A DNA stretch of 64,000 nt. It comes from Sphingorhabdus sp. EL138. GTDB taxonomy: Bacteria > Pseudomonadota > Alphaproteobacteria > Sphingomonadales > Sphingomonadaceae. Both the position numbers and the translations under genes were made by a program. Shown piece after piece: positions 31,284 to 42,313 of this stretch; positions within the stretch are counted from its first letter, which is position 1, and every line of letters starts with the position of its first letter. The stretch lies in assembly GCF_945862485.1 (NCBI RefSeq), contig NZ_CAMAYF010000001.1:25401-89400 (forward strand), given 5' to 3'. The notes beneath the pieces are model-generated. The model searched no databases. It was not told where the DNA came from and was given only the letters and a program-made list of their open reading frames with translations.

Positions 31284-32279
31284 ATGACTGACATCCCAAA
31301 TATCCAACCCGACAGCCGCGACGCGACCATCCTCGCCGCCCCTGACAAAATGGTCAGCGTGCGCGAATTGTTCGGCATTGTTGTGGATATGGAATGCCCC
31401 GCTTTCTCCATTGCCGACGAACGCGTGCCGGACACCGATCCAAGCTATGTGTTTGACCCTGACACTACCCTCGCAATCCTTGCGGGCTTTGCCCATAACC
31501 GCCGCGTGATGGTGCAAGGCTATCACGGCACGGGTAAATCGACACATATCGAACAAGTTGCCGCCCGCCTGAAATGGCCCTGCATCCGCATCAACTTGGA
31601 CGCGCATATCAGCCGTATCGACCTGATCGGACGTGACGCCATCGTCTTGCGCGATGGGCAGCAAGTGACCGAGTTCCGCGAAGGCCTGCTGCCTTGGGCG
31701 TTGCAGACACCGACGGCATTGGTGTTCGACGAATATGATGCGGGCCGCCCGGATGTAATGTTCGTGATCCAGCGCGTTTTGGAAACCGAAGGTAAGCTGA
31801 CCCTGCTTGACCAGAACCGCGTCATTCGCCCCAACCCCTATTTCCGCCTGTTCGCCACCGCCAACACCGTTGGCCTTGGCGATACCAGCGGGCTGTATCA
31901 CGGCACGCAAGCGATTAACCAAGGGCAGATGGACAGATGGAACATTGTCGTCGGCCTAAACTATCTGCCAGCACAGGTTGAAAGCGAAATCGTGTTGGCC
32001 AAGGCCTCGGGCACCGACGCCGCCACCGTCGCCAATATGGTGAAGGTCGCCGAAATGACTCGTCAGGGCTTCATCAATGGTGATATCTCAACGGTCATGA
32101 GCCCGCGCACGGTTATTACTTGGGCCCAGAACACCGCGATTTTCAAAAATGTCGGCTTTGCCTTCCGTTTGTCATTTCTCAACAAATGCGATGATGCGGA
32201 ACGCGCCTTGGTCGCCGAATATTATCAGCGCGTTTTTGGTCAAGATCTGCCGGAAAGCGTTGTTGGCAAAACGAAGTAA
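31284..32279 (+). CDS. cobS: CobS-type AAA+ (MoxR-like) ATPase, cobaltochelatase subunit homolog
   Basis: Walker [14 protein letters not shown], Walker B LVFDEYD and about 330 aa in length. It sits in the conserved bolA-J domain-cobS neighbourhood. Confidence 0.85.
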   Translation: MTDIPNIQPDSRDATILAAPDKMVSVRELFGIVVDMECPAFSIADERVPDTDPSYVFDPDTTLAILAGFAHNRRVMVQGYHGTGKSTHIEQVAARLKWPCIRINLDAHISRIDLIGRDAIVLRDGQQVTEFREGLLPWALQTPTALVFDEYDAGRPDVMFVIQRVLETEGKLTLLDQNRVIRPNPYFRLFATANTVGLGDTSGLYHGTQAINQGQMDRWNIVVGLNYLPAQVESEIVLAKASGTDAATVANMVKVAEMTRQGFINGDISTVMSPRTVITWAQNTAIFKNVGFAFRLSFLNKCDDAERALVAEYYQRVFGQDLPESVVGKTK

Positions 32280-32318
32280 GTATCGGCTATTTCGCCACTT
32301 CATTTGAAGGAACGCATT

Positions 32319-32855
32319 ATGAAACGCTTCGCACTGGCCCTCGCGCTCATGCTGTCGGCATCACCGGCCTTTGCCGCGTTGAAAACCGGAACACGCGCAA
32401 CCGATTTCACGACGCAAGCCGTGCTGGCCGGAAAGGCCGACACCTTCAACCTGAACAAGGCTTTGAAAAACGGCCCAGTCGTGCTGTATTTCTATCCCAA
32501 AGCATTCACATCAGGCTGCACCGTTGAGGCGCATGAATTTTCGGAAGCTGCCGATGACTTTGCAACTTATGGCGCGTCGATTGTGGGCATGTCGGCGGAT
32601 AATCTGGAGACGCTAAAGCGTTTTTCGGTTGAGGCCTGCCGTAACAAATTCATGGTCGGTATTGCGACCAAGCCCATGATCAAAAATTACAAGGTCGGCC
32701 TACCGATGATGGGGGGCACCAACCGCACGACTTATGTCATCGCGCCCGATGGCAAGGTGCTGTTTGCATATTCGCAGCTTGGCGTGAAGGGCCATGTTTC
32801 CGGCGCGCTGAACGCGGTAAAGGCTTGGCATGCGGCAAACGCCAAGCGGAAGTAA
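32319..32855 (+). CDS. exported peroxiredoxin (AhpC/TSA, Bcp-like)
   Basis: Signal peptide MKRFALALALMLSASPAFA and active site FYPKAFTSGCTVEAHEF. Confidence 0.85.
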   Translation: MKRFALALALMLSASPAFAALKTGTRATDFTTQAVLAGKADTFNLNKALKNGPVVLYFYPKAFTSGCTVEAHEFSEAADDFATYGASIVGMSADNLETLKRFSVEACRNKFMVGIATKPMIKNYKVGLPMMGGTNRTTYVIAPDGKVLFAYSQLGVKGHVSGALNAVKAWHAANAKRK

Positions 32856-34051
32856 TGCGTAAGCTCTCTTTCCTGCTTTTGCCCATTCTCCTGTCGGGTT
32901 GCACTGTGGCCGTCGCATATGGCGATGTGCCGCACAATAGGCTGGTGGAAAATCCACGTTGCAATCCATCGCATAATGATAGTGCCGCAATAGCCGGAAA
33001 AGACTATTTTATCGTTACCAGCCGCCTGCCCGACTGCCGCGGCGACACGATCTTCTTGACCAATCACCGGGCCGATCGCATGCGCTACGCCCGCTTTGCG
33101 CCGCCGCAAAAGATAAAGCCTGTAAAAGGCGATGCGCTGATAGTGGTGCCACTTGCATTCCAGCCGGAGGATGCATGGTGGGATGGCCTGCGCGATGCGG
33201 CAAACCTGCGCAAGGGTCGTGTTTTATTATATGTCCATGGCTATCGGGAAACGCTGGCAACTACGGCGCGCGACGCGGTACAAATTGGCGCGATGAGCAA
33301 TTTTGATGGGCCAATCATCCATTATAGCTGGCCCTCACAGGGCAATTTGCTGAGCTACGCCGTAGATGAAACCAACATGTATTGGGACGAACGCAATTTT
33401 CGCAATTTCCTCACCAAATTGGCACGGACGGAATGGGTGAAGGAGATTGTTCTTGTCTCCCATTCGCTTGGCGCACGGCTTGTTATTCCGGCGATTGAAC
33501 ATGTTGACCGCACATCAACCAACGCCGATTCCAGCAATATCTCCAATATCATTTTGGCTTCACCCGATATGGATCGCGAAGATTTTGAACGCGATATCGC
33601 GGAAGAGGTCCTCGCCGCGCGGCGTGTCAACAATGACCGGCGGGTGACGGTATATGCATCGCTCAGCGACCGCGCGCTGGCTGTATCGCGCGCCTTACAT
33701 GGGTATCCGCGTTTGGGATCACCTTTTTGCTTCAACCCATTTGAAGCACAGGATCTAAAGGCAAAGGGCCTGCCGCAACGCTGCTTTGCGACCAAGACGA
33801 AATATCAGACCGAACCCGCCAAAACTGGTTTTACGATTATCGACACGACCGACGTTTCCGGCGGGGGCGCAGGGCATAGCGATTATTTGCGGAGCTTTGC
33901 TGTCTGCAAGGATTTTGCCGCCGTTGTGAACGGTGCACGTACGACCGAAGACCGCGTGTCGACCAAGGATGCGCATGTCTTCACCCTGCGCGCACCCGCG
34001 AAACCAACGAAGGAAGATATTGCAGCTATGTGCAAGAGGTTGCCCGATTAA
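32855..34051 (+). CDS. lipoprotein, alpha/beta hydrolase of the DUF900 type
   Basis: Lipobox LLSGC, then [11 protein letters not shown]...[16 protein letters not shown]...VSHSLGARL. The start overlaps the peroxiredoxin stop (TAATG). Confidence 0.7.
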   Translation: MRKLSFLLLPILLSGCTVAVAYGDVPHNRLVENPRCNPSHNDSAAIAGKDYFIVTSRLPDCRGDTIFLTNHRADRMRYARFAPPQKIKPVKGDALIVVPLAFQPEDAWWDGLRDAANLRKGRVLLYVHGYRETLATTARDAVQIGAMSNFDGPIIHYSWPSQGNLLSYAVDETNMYWDERNFRNFLTKLARTEWVKEIVLVSHSLGARLVIPAIEHVDRTSTNADSSNISNIILASPDMDREDFERDIAEEVLAARRVNNDRRVTVYASLSDRALAVSRALHGYPRLGSPFCFNPFEAQDLKAKGLPQRCFATKTKYQTEPAKTGFTIIDTTDVSGGGAGHSDYLRSFAVCKDFAAVVNGARTTEDRVSTKDAHVFTLRAPAKPTKEDIAAMCKRLPD

Positions 34052-35865
34052 TGTCCAACGAAACCCCTCTTGAACTATTTAAACAGGTGCTAACCGGCAC
34101 CGCCCGCGCGCTCGCGCAGGAACCAGAGGTGGAATTGGCCTTTACCGCCGATGCGCCAACCCAAGCGGGTAAGAATTTCAAGGTGCCCATGCCGGGCCGC
34201 CTGCTTCCCCCCGACCAAGTGGCCGAGGCACGGGGTTTCGCCGACAGCTTTGCGTTGAAGTTGAAGCATCATAATCCCGCCCGCCACGCCGCATTGCGCC
34301 CTTCCGAAGTCATTGCAGGCGCGGCCTTTGACGCTGTTGAAAATGCGCGGGTTGAGGCGCTGGGCTCGCGCAATATGGCGGGCATTGCCGCAAATCTTGG
34401 CCATGCGCTTGAACTCAAAATGCGCACCGACCCGATAAGCCGTGCACAAGCCCCAGATGAAGTGCCAATCTCCACGGCCTTATCGTTGATCGTGCGCGAA
34501 CGCCTGACTGGCGCGCCCGTGCCCGCCGCGGCCGCCGCGGGCGTCGATATGCTGCGCGGTTGGATTGAGGAAAATGCTGGCAGTGACCTTGATGCGTTGG
34601 CGCTAGCGTTGGACGATCAAAGCGCCTTTGCTGCGCTGACCCAGTCGATGCTCGAGCATCTGAACCTTACCGAAGGTGATGTCGATCCGTCCGATGCCGA
34701 CGAAGGCGGTGACGATGACGAGGATGCGCAAGACCAAGAGGGCGATAGCGAAGATGACGGCGAAGGCGAAGCTGGCCAAGCTGAGGCCCGCGCTGAACCG
34801 CAGCAAGGCGAAGGTGAAGAGACGGAAGCCGATTATGACGGCGAGGACATGGACGACCAAGATGGCGCCGACGGCGAAATGGGCGATGACGGGATGCAAC
34901 CTGTCACGCCGCAGTGCCGCAATTGGGACCATTTGCCGCAGAGCGACTATAAAATCTGGTCGACCAAATATGACGAGACAATCACCGCGACCGAGCTTGC
35001 CGACGAAGAAGAGCTGAACCGGCTGCGCGCCTATCTCGACCAGCAATTGTCGAACCTGCAATCGGTGGTGACAAAGCTCGCCAATCGCTTGCAACGCCGC
35101 CTGATGGCGCAACAAAACCGCAGTTGGGATTTCGACCAAGAAGAAGGCATGATTGACGCCGCACGGCTCGCGCGGATCGTGGTATCGCCGGGCAGTTCAC
35201 TGTCTTACAAGATCGAACGCGAAACCGATTTCCGCGATACAGTGGTCACCTTGCTCATCGATAATTCAGGATCGATGCGCGGACGGCCCATCAGCATCGC
35301 CGCCATCAGCGCTGACATATTGGCGCGCACCTTGGAACGCTGCGGGGTCAAAACCGAAATCTTGGGTTTCACCACCCGCGCGTGGAAGGGCGGGCAGGCA
35401 AGAGAAGACTGGCTCGCAGCCGGACGCCAGCCCATGCCCGGTCGCCTCAACGACTTGCGCCACATCTTGTATAAAAAAGCCGATGAGCCATGGCGGCACG
35501 CCAAGCGCAATTTGGGCCTGATGATGCGCGAAGGGCTATTGAAAGAAAATATCGATGGCGAGGCTTTGCTCTGGGCGCATAACCGCCTGATCGCCCGCGC
35601 CGAAGACCGCCGCATATTGATGGTGATTTCGGACGGAGCGCCCGTGGATGACAGCACCTTGTCGGTCAACCATGGCGGCTATTTGGAACAGCATTTGCGC
35701 AAGGTCATCGAAATGATTGAAACCCGCAGCCCCGTCCAACTGGTCGCCATCGGCATCGGCCATGATGTGACCCGTTATTATAAACGCGCAGTGACGATCA
35801 TGGACGTCGAACAGCTTGGCGGGACGATGATTGAACAACTCGCTGGATTATTTGATGAGGAATAA
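34051..35865 (+). CDS. cobT: CobT-type vWA-domain protein, cobaltochelatase subunit homolog
   Basis: A long acidic linker ([24 protein letters not shown]...) is followed by a vWA domain with MIDAS-like LLIDNSGSM. The start overlaps the DUF900 stop (TAATG). Confidence 0.85.
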   Translation: MSNETPLELFKQVLTGTARALAQEPEVELAFTADAPTQAGKNFKVPMPGRLLPPDQVAEARGFADSFALKLKHHNPARHAALRPSEVIAGAAFDAVENARVEALGSRNMAGIAANLGHALELKMRTDPISRAQAPDEVPISTALSLIVRERLTGAPVPAAAAAGVDMLRGWIEENAGSDLDALALALDDQSAFAALTQSMLEHLNLTEGDVDPSDADEGGDDDEDAQDQEGDSEDDGEGEAGQAEARAEPQQGEGEETEADYDGEDMDDQDGADGEMGDDGMQPVTPQCRNWDHLPQSDYKIWSTKYDETITATELADEEELNRLRAYLDQQLSNLQSVVTKLANRLQRRLMAQQNRSWDFDQEEGMIDAARLARIVVSPGSSLSYKIERETDFRDTVVTLLIDNSGSMRGRPISIAAISADILARTLERCGVKTEILGFTTRAWKGGQAREDWLAAGRQPMPGRLNDLRHILYKKADEPWRHAKRNLGLMMREGLLKENIDGEALLWAHNRLIARAEDRRILMVISDGAPVDDSTLSVNHGGYLEQHLRKVIEMIETRSPVQLVAIGIGHDVTRYYKRAVTIMDVEQLGGTMIEQLAGLFDEE

Positions 35866-35929
35866 GCTTGCCTTTCACACGCCGCTTAATATGCGTTAAT
35901 CAAACGATTAAACCTGCGGGGAAATAGAG

Positions 35930-36601
35930 ATGAACGTTACCGAAGCCGTCGCCTCACGGCGCTCTGTCCGGCAATTTCTGGATAAACCCGTTGATCAAGA
36001 AATCCTTGAACGCGTGCTCGCCAAGGCGCAGCGGGCGCCCTCGGGCGGCAATACGCAGCCTTGGAATGCGGTGGTACTGACAGGGGCGCCGTTGGCCGAC
36101 CTGACCGCAAAAATTAAGGCCAAGGTAACATCTGCGCCATTGGGTGATGGCCATGAATATGACATCTACCCCAAAGACTTAGAAGGCCGTTACGAAGAAC
36201 AACGCCGTAGCATTGGTAAGGCGATGTTCGACTCGCTCGGCCTCGCCCGTGAAGATAGCGCTGGCCGCATCGCACAAGTGGCTAAAAACTGGGACAGCTT
36301 TGGCGCGCCCGTGCAATTATTCACCTATACGGCCAAATATATGGGCCCGCCGCAATGGTCGGACATGGGCATGTGGCTGCAAACGATCATGCTGTTGCTC
36401 CGCGAAGAGGGCCTCGACAGTTGCGCGCAGGAAATCTGGGCCATGTACGGCACGACTATGCGCGCATTGCTGAACATTGATGATGACCATATCTTCTTCT
36501 GCGGCATGGCAATTGGCTATCGCGACGCAGACGCCGCCGTGAACAACTTCACGGTCCCGCGCGTGGAGATTGACCAAGCGATACGCTGGGACGGGTTTTA
36601 G
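35930..36601 (+). CDS. nitroreductase family protein
   Basis: RRSVRQFLDKPV and PSGGNTQPW motifs. Confidence 0.85.
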   Translation: MNVTEAVASRRSVRQFLDKPVDQEILERVLAKAQRAPSGGNTQPWNAVVLTGAPLADLTAKIKAKVTSAPLGDGHEYDIYPKDLEGRYEEQRRSIGKAMFDSLGLAREDSAGRIAQVAKNWDSFGAPVQLFTYTAKYMGPPQWSDMGMWLQTIMLLLREEGLDSCAQEIWAMYGTTMRALLNIDDDHIFFCGMAIGYRDADAAVNNFTVPRVEIDQAIRWDGF

Positions 36602-36608
36602 AAAACCA

Positions 36609-36720
36609 CGTCATGCTGAACTTGTTTCAGCATCCATTATGCCACGCAAATCGCAGGGCAGAGAAGCGAAATAGACCCTGGAGCCGCAGGCGTGCAGAGC
36701 ACAAACAAGTTCAGGGTGAC
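36609..36720 (+). repeat. MITE/REP-like inverted-repeat element, copy 1 (112 bp)
   Basis: The ends CGTCATGCTGAACTTGTTTCAGCATCCAT ... AAACAAGTTCAGGGTGAC are inverted repeats. It lies between the nitroreductase stop and the cysS start. Confidence 0.8.
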
Positions 36721-36768
36721 AGTTGGAGGTGACTTGACCTCCGCACCCATTTCCAGCATCGCCACGCC

Positions 36769-38322
36769 ATGACCGAATTGCGCCTCTTCAACAGCCTCAC
36801 CCGGCAACTGGAAACCTTCACCCCTGTGCATGCGGGCGAAGCGCGGGTGTATACGTGCGGGCCGACGGTGTATAATTACCCGCATATCGGCAACATGCGC
36901 GCTTATGTCTTTGCCGACACGTTGGGCCGCGTGCTCTCCTACAAGGGCTATAAGCTTACCCATGTCATCAACATCACCGATGTCGGCCATTTGACCGACG
37001 ACGCCGATGCCGGCGAAGACAAAATGGAGAAAATGGCGGCGGAGAAAGCCCAGTCGATCTGGGATATCGCCCGCCATTATACCGAAGCCTATTGGGAAGA
37101 CATCAAGGCGCTGAACATTCGTCAGCCCGCACATTGGTCCATCGCCACCGATTACGTCCCCGCAATGATCGATTATGCCAAAAGCATCGCCGACAAGCAT
37201 TGCTATGAGCTGGAATCTGGCTTGTATTTCGACACCGCCACCGTCGCCCATTATGGCGCGTTGGCCCGCGCTAAGACTGAAGACGGTGCCAATGCTCTGG
37301 GGGCACGCATCGAAGAGGTGGAGGGCAAACGCAACGCCGCGGACTTTGCGATTTGGCGCAAGACGCCAGCGGGCGAAACGCGGCAAATGGAGTGGGATAG
37401 CCCATGGGGCAAAGGCGCGCCGGGCTGGCATCTGGAATGCTCGGTCATGTCAGAGGCGTTGCTTGGCCTACCTTTCGACATCCACACCGGCGGCATCGAC
37501 CATCGCGAAATCCACCACCCCAATGAAATCGCGCAAAACCAGGCGCGCTGCAGCAGTGACCATAGCGGCGCTCATTTTTGGATGCACAATAACTTCCTGA
37601 TCGAACGCAGCGGCAAGATGAGCAAATCATCTGGCGAATTCCTGCGCGTACAATTGCTGATAGATAAAGGTTTCCACCCCCTCGCCTACCGCCTGATGTG
37701 CTTGCAGGCGCATTACCGGAGTGAGCTGGAGTTTAGCTGGGAAGGCTTGCAGGCCGCGTTTGTGCGGTTGAAGCGGATGGTGATGGGGGTTGCCAACCTC
37801 AAGGCCCGTCATGCTGAACTTGTTTCACCTCCGGTGACTAACGTTCCAGCATCCATTGTGCCTAACGAAGTAATGGTTGAGGCTGATACATTGACCCTGA
37901 AACAAGTTCAGGGTGACGTGGTTGGGGTTAAGGGTGACGTTGCAGCAGTCATTATGGCTTCGGTCAATGATTTCGATACGGCAATCGCGGACGACCTGAA
38001 TACCGCCATCGCAATAACCGCGCTGGAAACGCTGCTCAGTCTCAAAAAAATCGGCGTTGCCGACCAACTCGCGGCTATCGCCGACATGGACAACGTCCTC
38101 GGCCTTAACCTGATGGCCCTCACCCGTCAGGACCTCCGCGTCAGGCCTAAAGCCGCCCTTATCAGCGAAGAAGAAATAGAAACCGCCCTCGCCGCCCGCA
38201 AAGAAGCGCGCGCTGCTAAGGACTTCGCCAATTCTGACGCGATCCGCGACGACCTCATCGCCAAGGGCGTTGAAGTCATGGACGGCGACCCGCTGGGCTG
38301 GGATTGGAAGCTTGACATATGA
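36769..38322 (+). CDS. cysS: cysteine--tRNA ligase, carrying an internal repeat-derived insertion
   Basis: Class I motifs PHIGNMRAY and GKMSKSSGE. At 517 aa it is about 50 aa longer than E. coli-type CysS. Confidence 0.95.
   Translation: MTELRLFNSLTRQLETFTPVHAGEARVYTCGPTVYNYPHIGNMRAYVFADTLGRVLSYKGYKLTHVINITDVGHLTDDADAGEDKMEKMAAEKAQSIWDIARHYTEAYWEDIKALNIRQPAHWSIATDYVPAMIDYAKSIADKHCYELESGLYFDTATVAHYGALARAKTEDGANALGARIEEVEGKRNAADFAIWRKTPAGETRQMEWDSPWGKGAPGWHLECSVMSEALLGLPFDIHTGGIDHREIHHPNEIAQNQARCSSDHSGAHFWMHNNFLIERSGKMSKSSGEFLRVQLLIDKGFHPLAYRLMCLQAHYRSELEFSWEGLQAAFVRLKRMVMGVANLKARHAELVSPPVTNVPASIVPNEVMVEADTLTLKQVQGDVVGVKGDVAAVIMASVNDFDTAIADDLNTAIAITALETLLSLKKIGVADQLAAIADMDNVLGLNLMALTRQDLRVRPKAALISEEEIETALAARKEARAAKDFANSDAIRDDLIAKGVEVMDGDPLGWDWKLDI
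37807..37918 (+). repeat. MITE/REP-like element, copy 2 (112 bp), inside the cysS reading frame
   Basis: CGTCATGCTGAACTTGTTTCA ... CCCTGAAACAAGTTCAGGGTGACG, the same termini as the intergenic copies. It starts at the first base of cysS codon 347. Confidence 0.8.
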
Positions 38323-38675
38323 TGCTCACAATTGCCTGGCTCGTCCTTGCGGCTATCCATGCCCTACCCGCGCTAGCGTTGTTCCGTCCGGCGATGATTG
38401 GGCAACTCTACCGCGTTGCTAGCGATAACCCTTTGTTCCTGTTGCTACATCATCGCGCTGCGCTGTTCCTCGTTATCTTTCTACTTGCAGTTTGGGCTGC
38501 TTTTGACCCTGCGAGCCGCCGCATTGCCAGCATTGGTATCGGCGTCAGTATGATCTCCTTCTTGATCCTCTATTGGTCTGCAGGCTCTCCGCCCGCGCTA
38601 AAAACCATCGCAATGACCGATCTTGTCGGCATCCCGTTCCTACTCTTTGTCACTTGGAAGGCTTTTGCCGCATGA
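38319..38675 (+). CDS. hypothetical membrane protein
   Basis: 118 aa with about 4 hydrophobic helices. It has ATGA overlaps with cysS upstream and the dehydrogenase downstream. Confidence 0.55.
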   Translation: MMLTIAWLVLAAIHALPALALFRPAMIGQLYRVASDNPLFLLLHHRAALFLVIFLLAVWAAFDPASRRIASIGIGVSMISFLILYWSAGSPPALKTIAMTDLVGIPFLLFVTWKAFAA

Positions 38676-39616
38676 CCAAAACGAAACTCGTAATGTCGGG
38701 ACTTGTGCGTCCGTTGATTGAACCACGGTTGCCCGACTGGATTGAACCGCATTTCTTCATGTCGAAAGACGAAGCGCTGGAGCTAGCGCCGCAGGCAGAG
38801 ATTGGCTGGTTCGACATGTACGACAAAGGCGACATGGCCGCGGTCATTGGCGCCGCCACTCAAATGAAATGGCTGAACAGCATTTATGCGGGTGTCGACG
38901 GTATGCCACTGGCACAGTTGAAGGCGCAAGGCTGCGTTGTCACCAATGGCGCAGGCATTAACGCCATCACCATCGCGGAATATGTGGTGATGGGCATGCT
39001 GACCGTCGCCAAAAACTATCGCGAAGTTGTGCGCGCGCAGGAACGCCGCGAATGGTTGCTGGATTCGCCAGGCAAAATTGAACTGTTCGGATCAAAGGCA
39101 TTGTTGCTGGGCTATGGCGCGATTGGCAAGCTGATTGAAGAACGCCTCAAACCCTTTGGTGTCGATATTACCGTGGTGCGGCGCTCGGCGGGACCAAACA
39201 CACTCACGCCCGATCAATGGCGCGCGGTGCTGGGGGGTTTTGACTGGGTCATCCTCGCCGTTCCTGCGACGCCGGAAACCGACAATATGATTGGCGCAGA
39301 TGAACTTACCGCGATGAAACCCAGCGCAACGCTCATCAACATCGCGCGCGGATCTGTGGTGGATCAGGACGCGTTGATCACCGCATTGCAAACCAAGCAG
39401 ATCGCCAACGCGTTTCTGGACGTCACCACGCCAGAGCCGTTGCCCGCGGACCATGTGCTTTGGACGCTGGATAATGCCCATGTGACGATGCATTTGTCCG
39501 GCCGCGCGCAGGACATGATGTTCGTCCGCTCGGCGACACGCTTTTTCGAAAATCTCGAACGCTATCGCAAGGGCGCAGCGCTTGAACCGATGGTGAACCT
39601 TGATTTAGGATATTGA
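38672..39616 (+). CDS. D-isomer-specific 2-hydroxyacid dehydrogenase family protein
   Basis: NAD-binding GYGAIGKLI and catalytic region INIARGSVVD...HLSG. The start is at MTKTKLV. Confidence 0.85.
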   Translation: MTKTKLVMSGLVRPLIEPRLPDWIEPHFFMSKDEALELAPQAEIGWFDMYDKGDMAAVIGAATQMKWLNSIYAGVDGMPLAQLKAQGCVVTNGAGINAITIAEYVVMGMLTVAKNYREVVRAQERREWLLDSPGKIELFGSKALLLGYGAIGKLIEERLKPFGVDITVVRRSAGPNTLTPDQWRAVLGGFDWVILAVPATPETDNMIGADELTAMKPSATLINIARGSVVDQDALITALQTKQIANAFLDVTTPEPLPADHVLWTLDNAHVTMHLSGRAQDMMFVRSATRFFENLERYRKGAALEPMVNLDLGY

Positions 39617-39618
39617 TC

Positions 39619-40008
39619 ATGCCTAACCCCGCCGAAATCTGGCACACAGTCGCCTTGTCACGCGATGTCGACACTATCGCGGCGATCTTGCACGATGATT
39701 GTATTTTCGAAAGCCCCGTCGTCCACACGCCGCAATTGGGCAAAGCCATCACCGCCAAATATCTTGCGGCGGCGGGGCATACGCTGGGCAATGCCGAATT
39801 CAAATATGTCGGCGAATGGCACCGGGAAAACAGCGCGATTCTAGAATTCGAAACCGTCATCGATGGCGTTGCTATCAACGGCATTGATATGATCAGCTGC
39901 AATGATGACGGCCTGATCACCCATTTCAAGGTAATGGTTCGCCCGTTAAAGGGCATGAACATGCTGCACCAGAAAATGGGCGAAATGTTGCAGCAGATGA
40001 CGCGCTGA
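39619..40008 (+). CDS. NTF2/SnoaL-like protein
   Basis: About 130 aa with a SnoaL-like pattern (W.......D...I..ILHDD..FESP). The start is ATG 39619 or TTG 39613. Confidence 0.65.
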   Translation: MPNPAEIWHTVALSRDVDTIAAILHDDCIFESPVVHTPQLGKAITAKYLAAAGHTLGNAEFKYVGEWHRENSAILEFETVIDGVAINGIDMISCNDDGLITHFKVMVRPLKGMNMLHQKMGEMLQQMTR

Positions 40009-40037
40009 TTTCCTAACCATACCTGAACAACAAAAAA

Positions 40038-40061
40038 GGCCGGAAGGTTTCCCCTCCGGCC
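40038..40061. terminator. hairpin between convergent genes (probable bidirectional terminator for groEL)
   Basis: AAAAAA-GGCCGGAAGG-tttcc-CCTCCGGCC-CATTTT. Confidence 0.6.
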
Positions 40062-40094
40062 CATTTTGTTTCAGCGTGCGCTGAGGGTTTGGAC

Positions 40095-41765
<1,671 letters not shown>

Positions 41766-41782
41766 TTAAATCTGAATTCTGT

Positions 41783-41850
41783 CGTCATCCTGAACTTGTT
41801 TCAGGATAACAGGCGGCGGTGCGTTATCCTGAAACACGTTCAGGATGACG
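41783..41850 (+). repeat. MITE/REP-like element, copy 3 (68 bp, near-perfect long hairpin) in the groES-groEL spacer
   Basis: CGTCATCCTGAACTTGTTTCAGGATAAC-aggcggcggtgc-GTTATCCTGAAACACGTTCAGGATGACG. Confidence 0.8.
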
Positions 41851-41861
41851 AACCGGGTTGC

Positions 41862-42149
41862 TTAGGAAACGATTCCCAAGATATCCGATTCCTTCATGAT
41901 CAGCAGGTCTTCACCGTCGATCTTGACTTCGGTGCCCGACCATTTGCCGAACAAAATCTTGTCACCGGCCTTAACGTCAAGCGCCGTTACCGTGCCGTCA
42001 TCGGCGCGTGTGCCTGTGCCAACCGAGACGACTTCGCCTTCTTGTGGCTTTTCCTGAGCTGTATCAGGGATGATGATCCCGCCAGCGGTTTTTGCTTCGG
42101 CCTCGACCCGACGGACGAGAACGCGATCATGCAATGGACGAAATGCCAT
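41862..42149 (-). CDS. groES: co-chaperonin GroES
   Basis: [41 protein letters not shown]. Confidence 0.98.
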   Translation of the reverse strand: MAFRPLHDRVLVRRVEAEAKTAGGIIIPDTAQEKPQEGEVVSVGTGTRADDGTVTALDVKAGDKILFGKWSGTEVKIDGEDLLIMKESDILGIVS

Positions 42150-42221
42150 GTTGAACTATCCTTTTTCTGTTTCGCCATCCCGCCACTCCTGCATGAAGCA
42201 GAGGACGGCAATGAATATACG

Positions 42222-42248
42222 TTAGCACTCATACAGGACGAGTGCTAA
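42222..42248 (-). promoter_or_regulatory. CIRCE operator (HrcA binding site) upstream of groES
   Basis: TTAGCACTC-N9-GAGTGCTAA, an exact match to the CIRCE consensus, 73 bp upstream of the groES start. Confidence 0.9.
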
Positions 42249-42313
42249 CGGAGCCCATGTAGTAAGTTTTTGTGTCAGGTCAAGGACTCGCCACGCAGAT
42301 TTTTTCAGAAATA

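Noticed and set aside
34680-34900. Purine-rich GA(N) repetitive tract
   Set aside because: It is the acidic Asp/Glu/Gly linker typical of CobT-type proteins, so it is coding low complexity rather than a repeat element.
36637-37431. 264-aa minus-strand ORF overlapping the cysS 5' half
   Set aside because: It is antisense to cysS, which carries the HIGN and KMSKS motifs, and it has no motif of its own.
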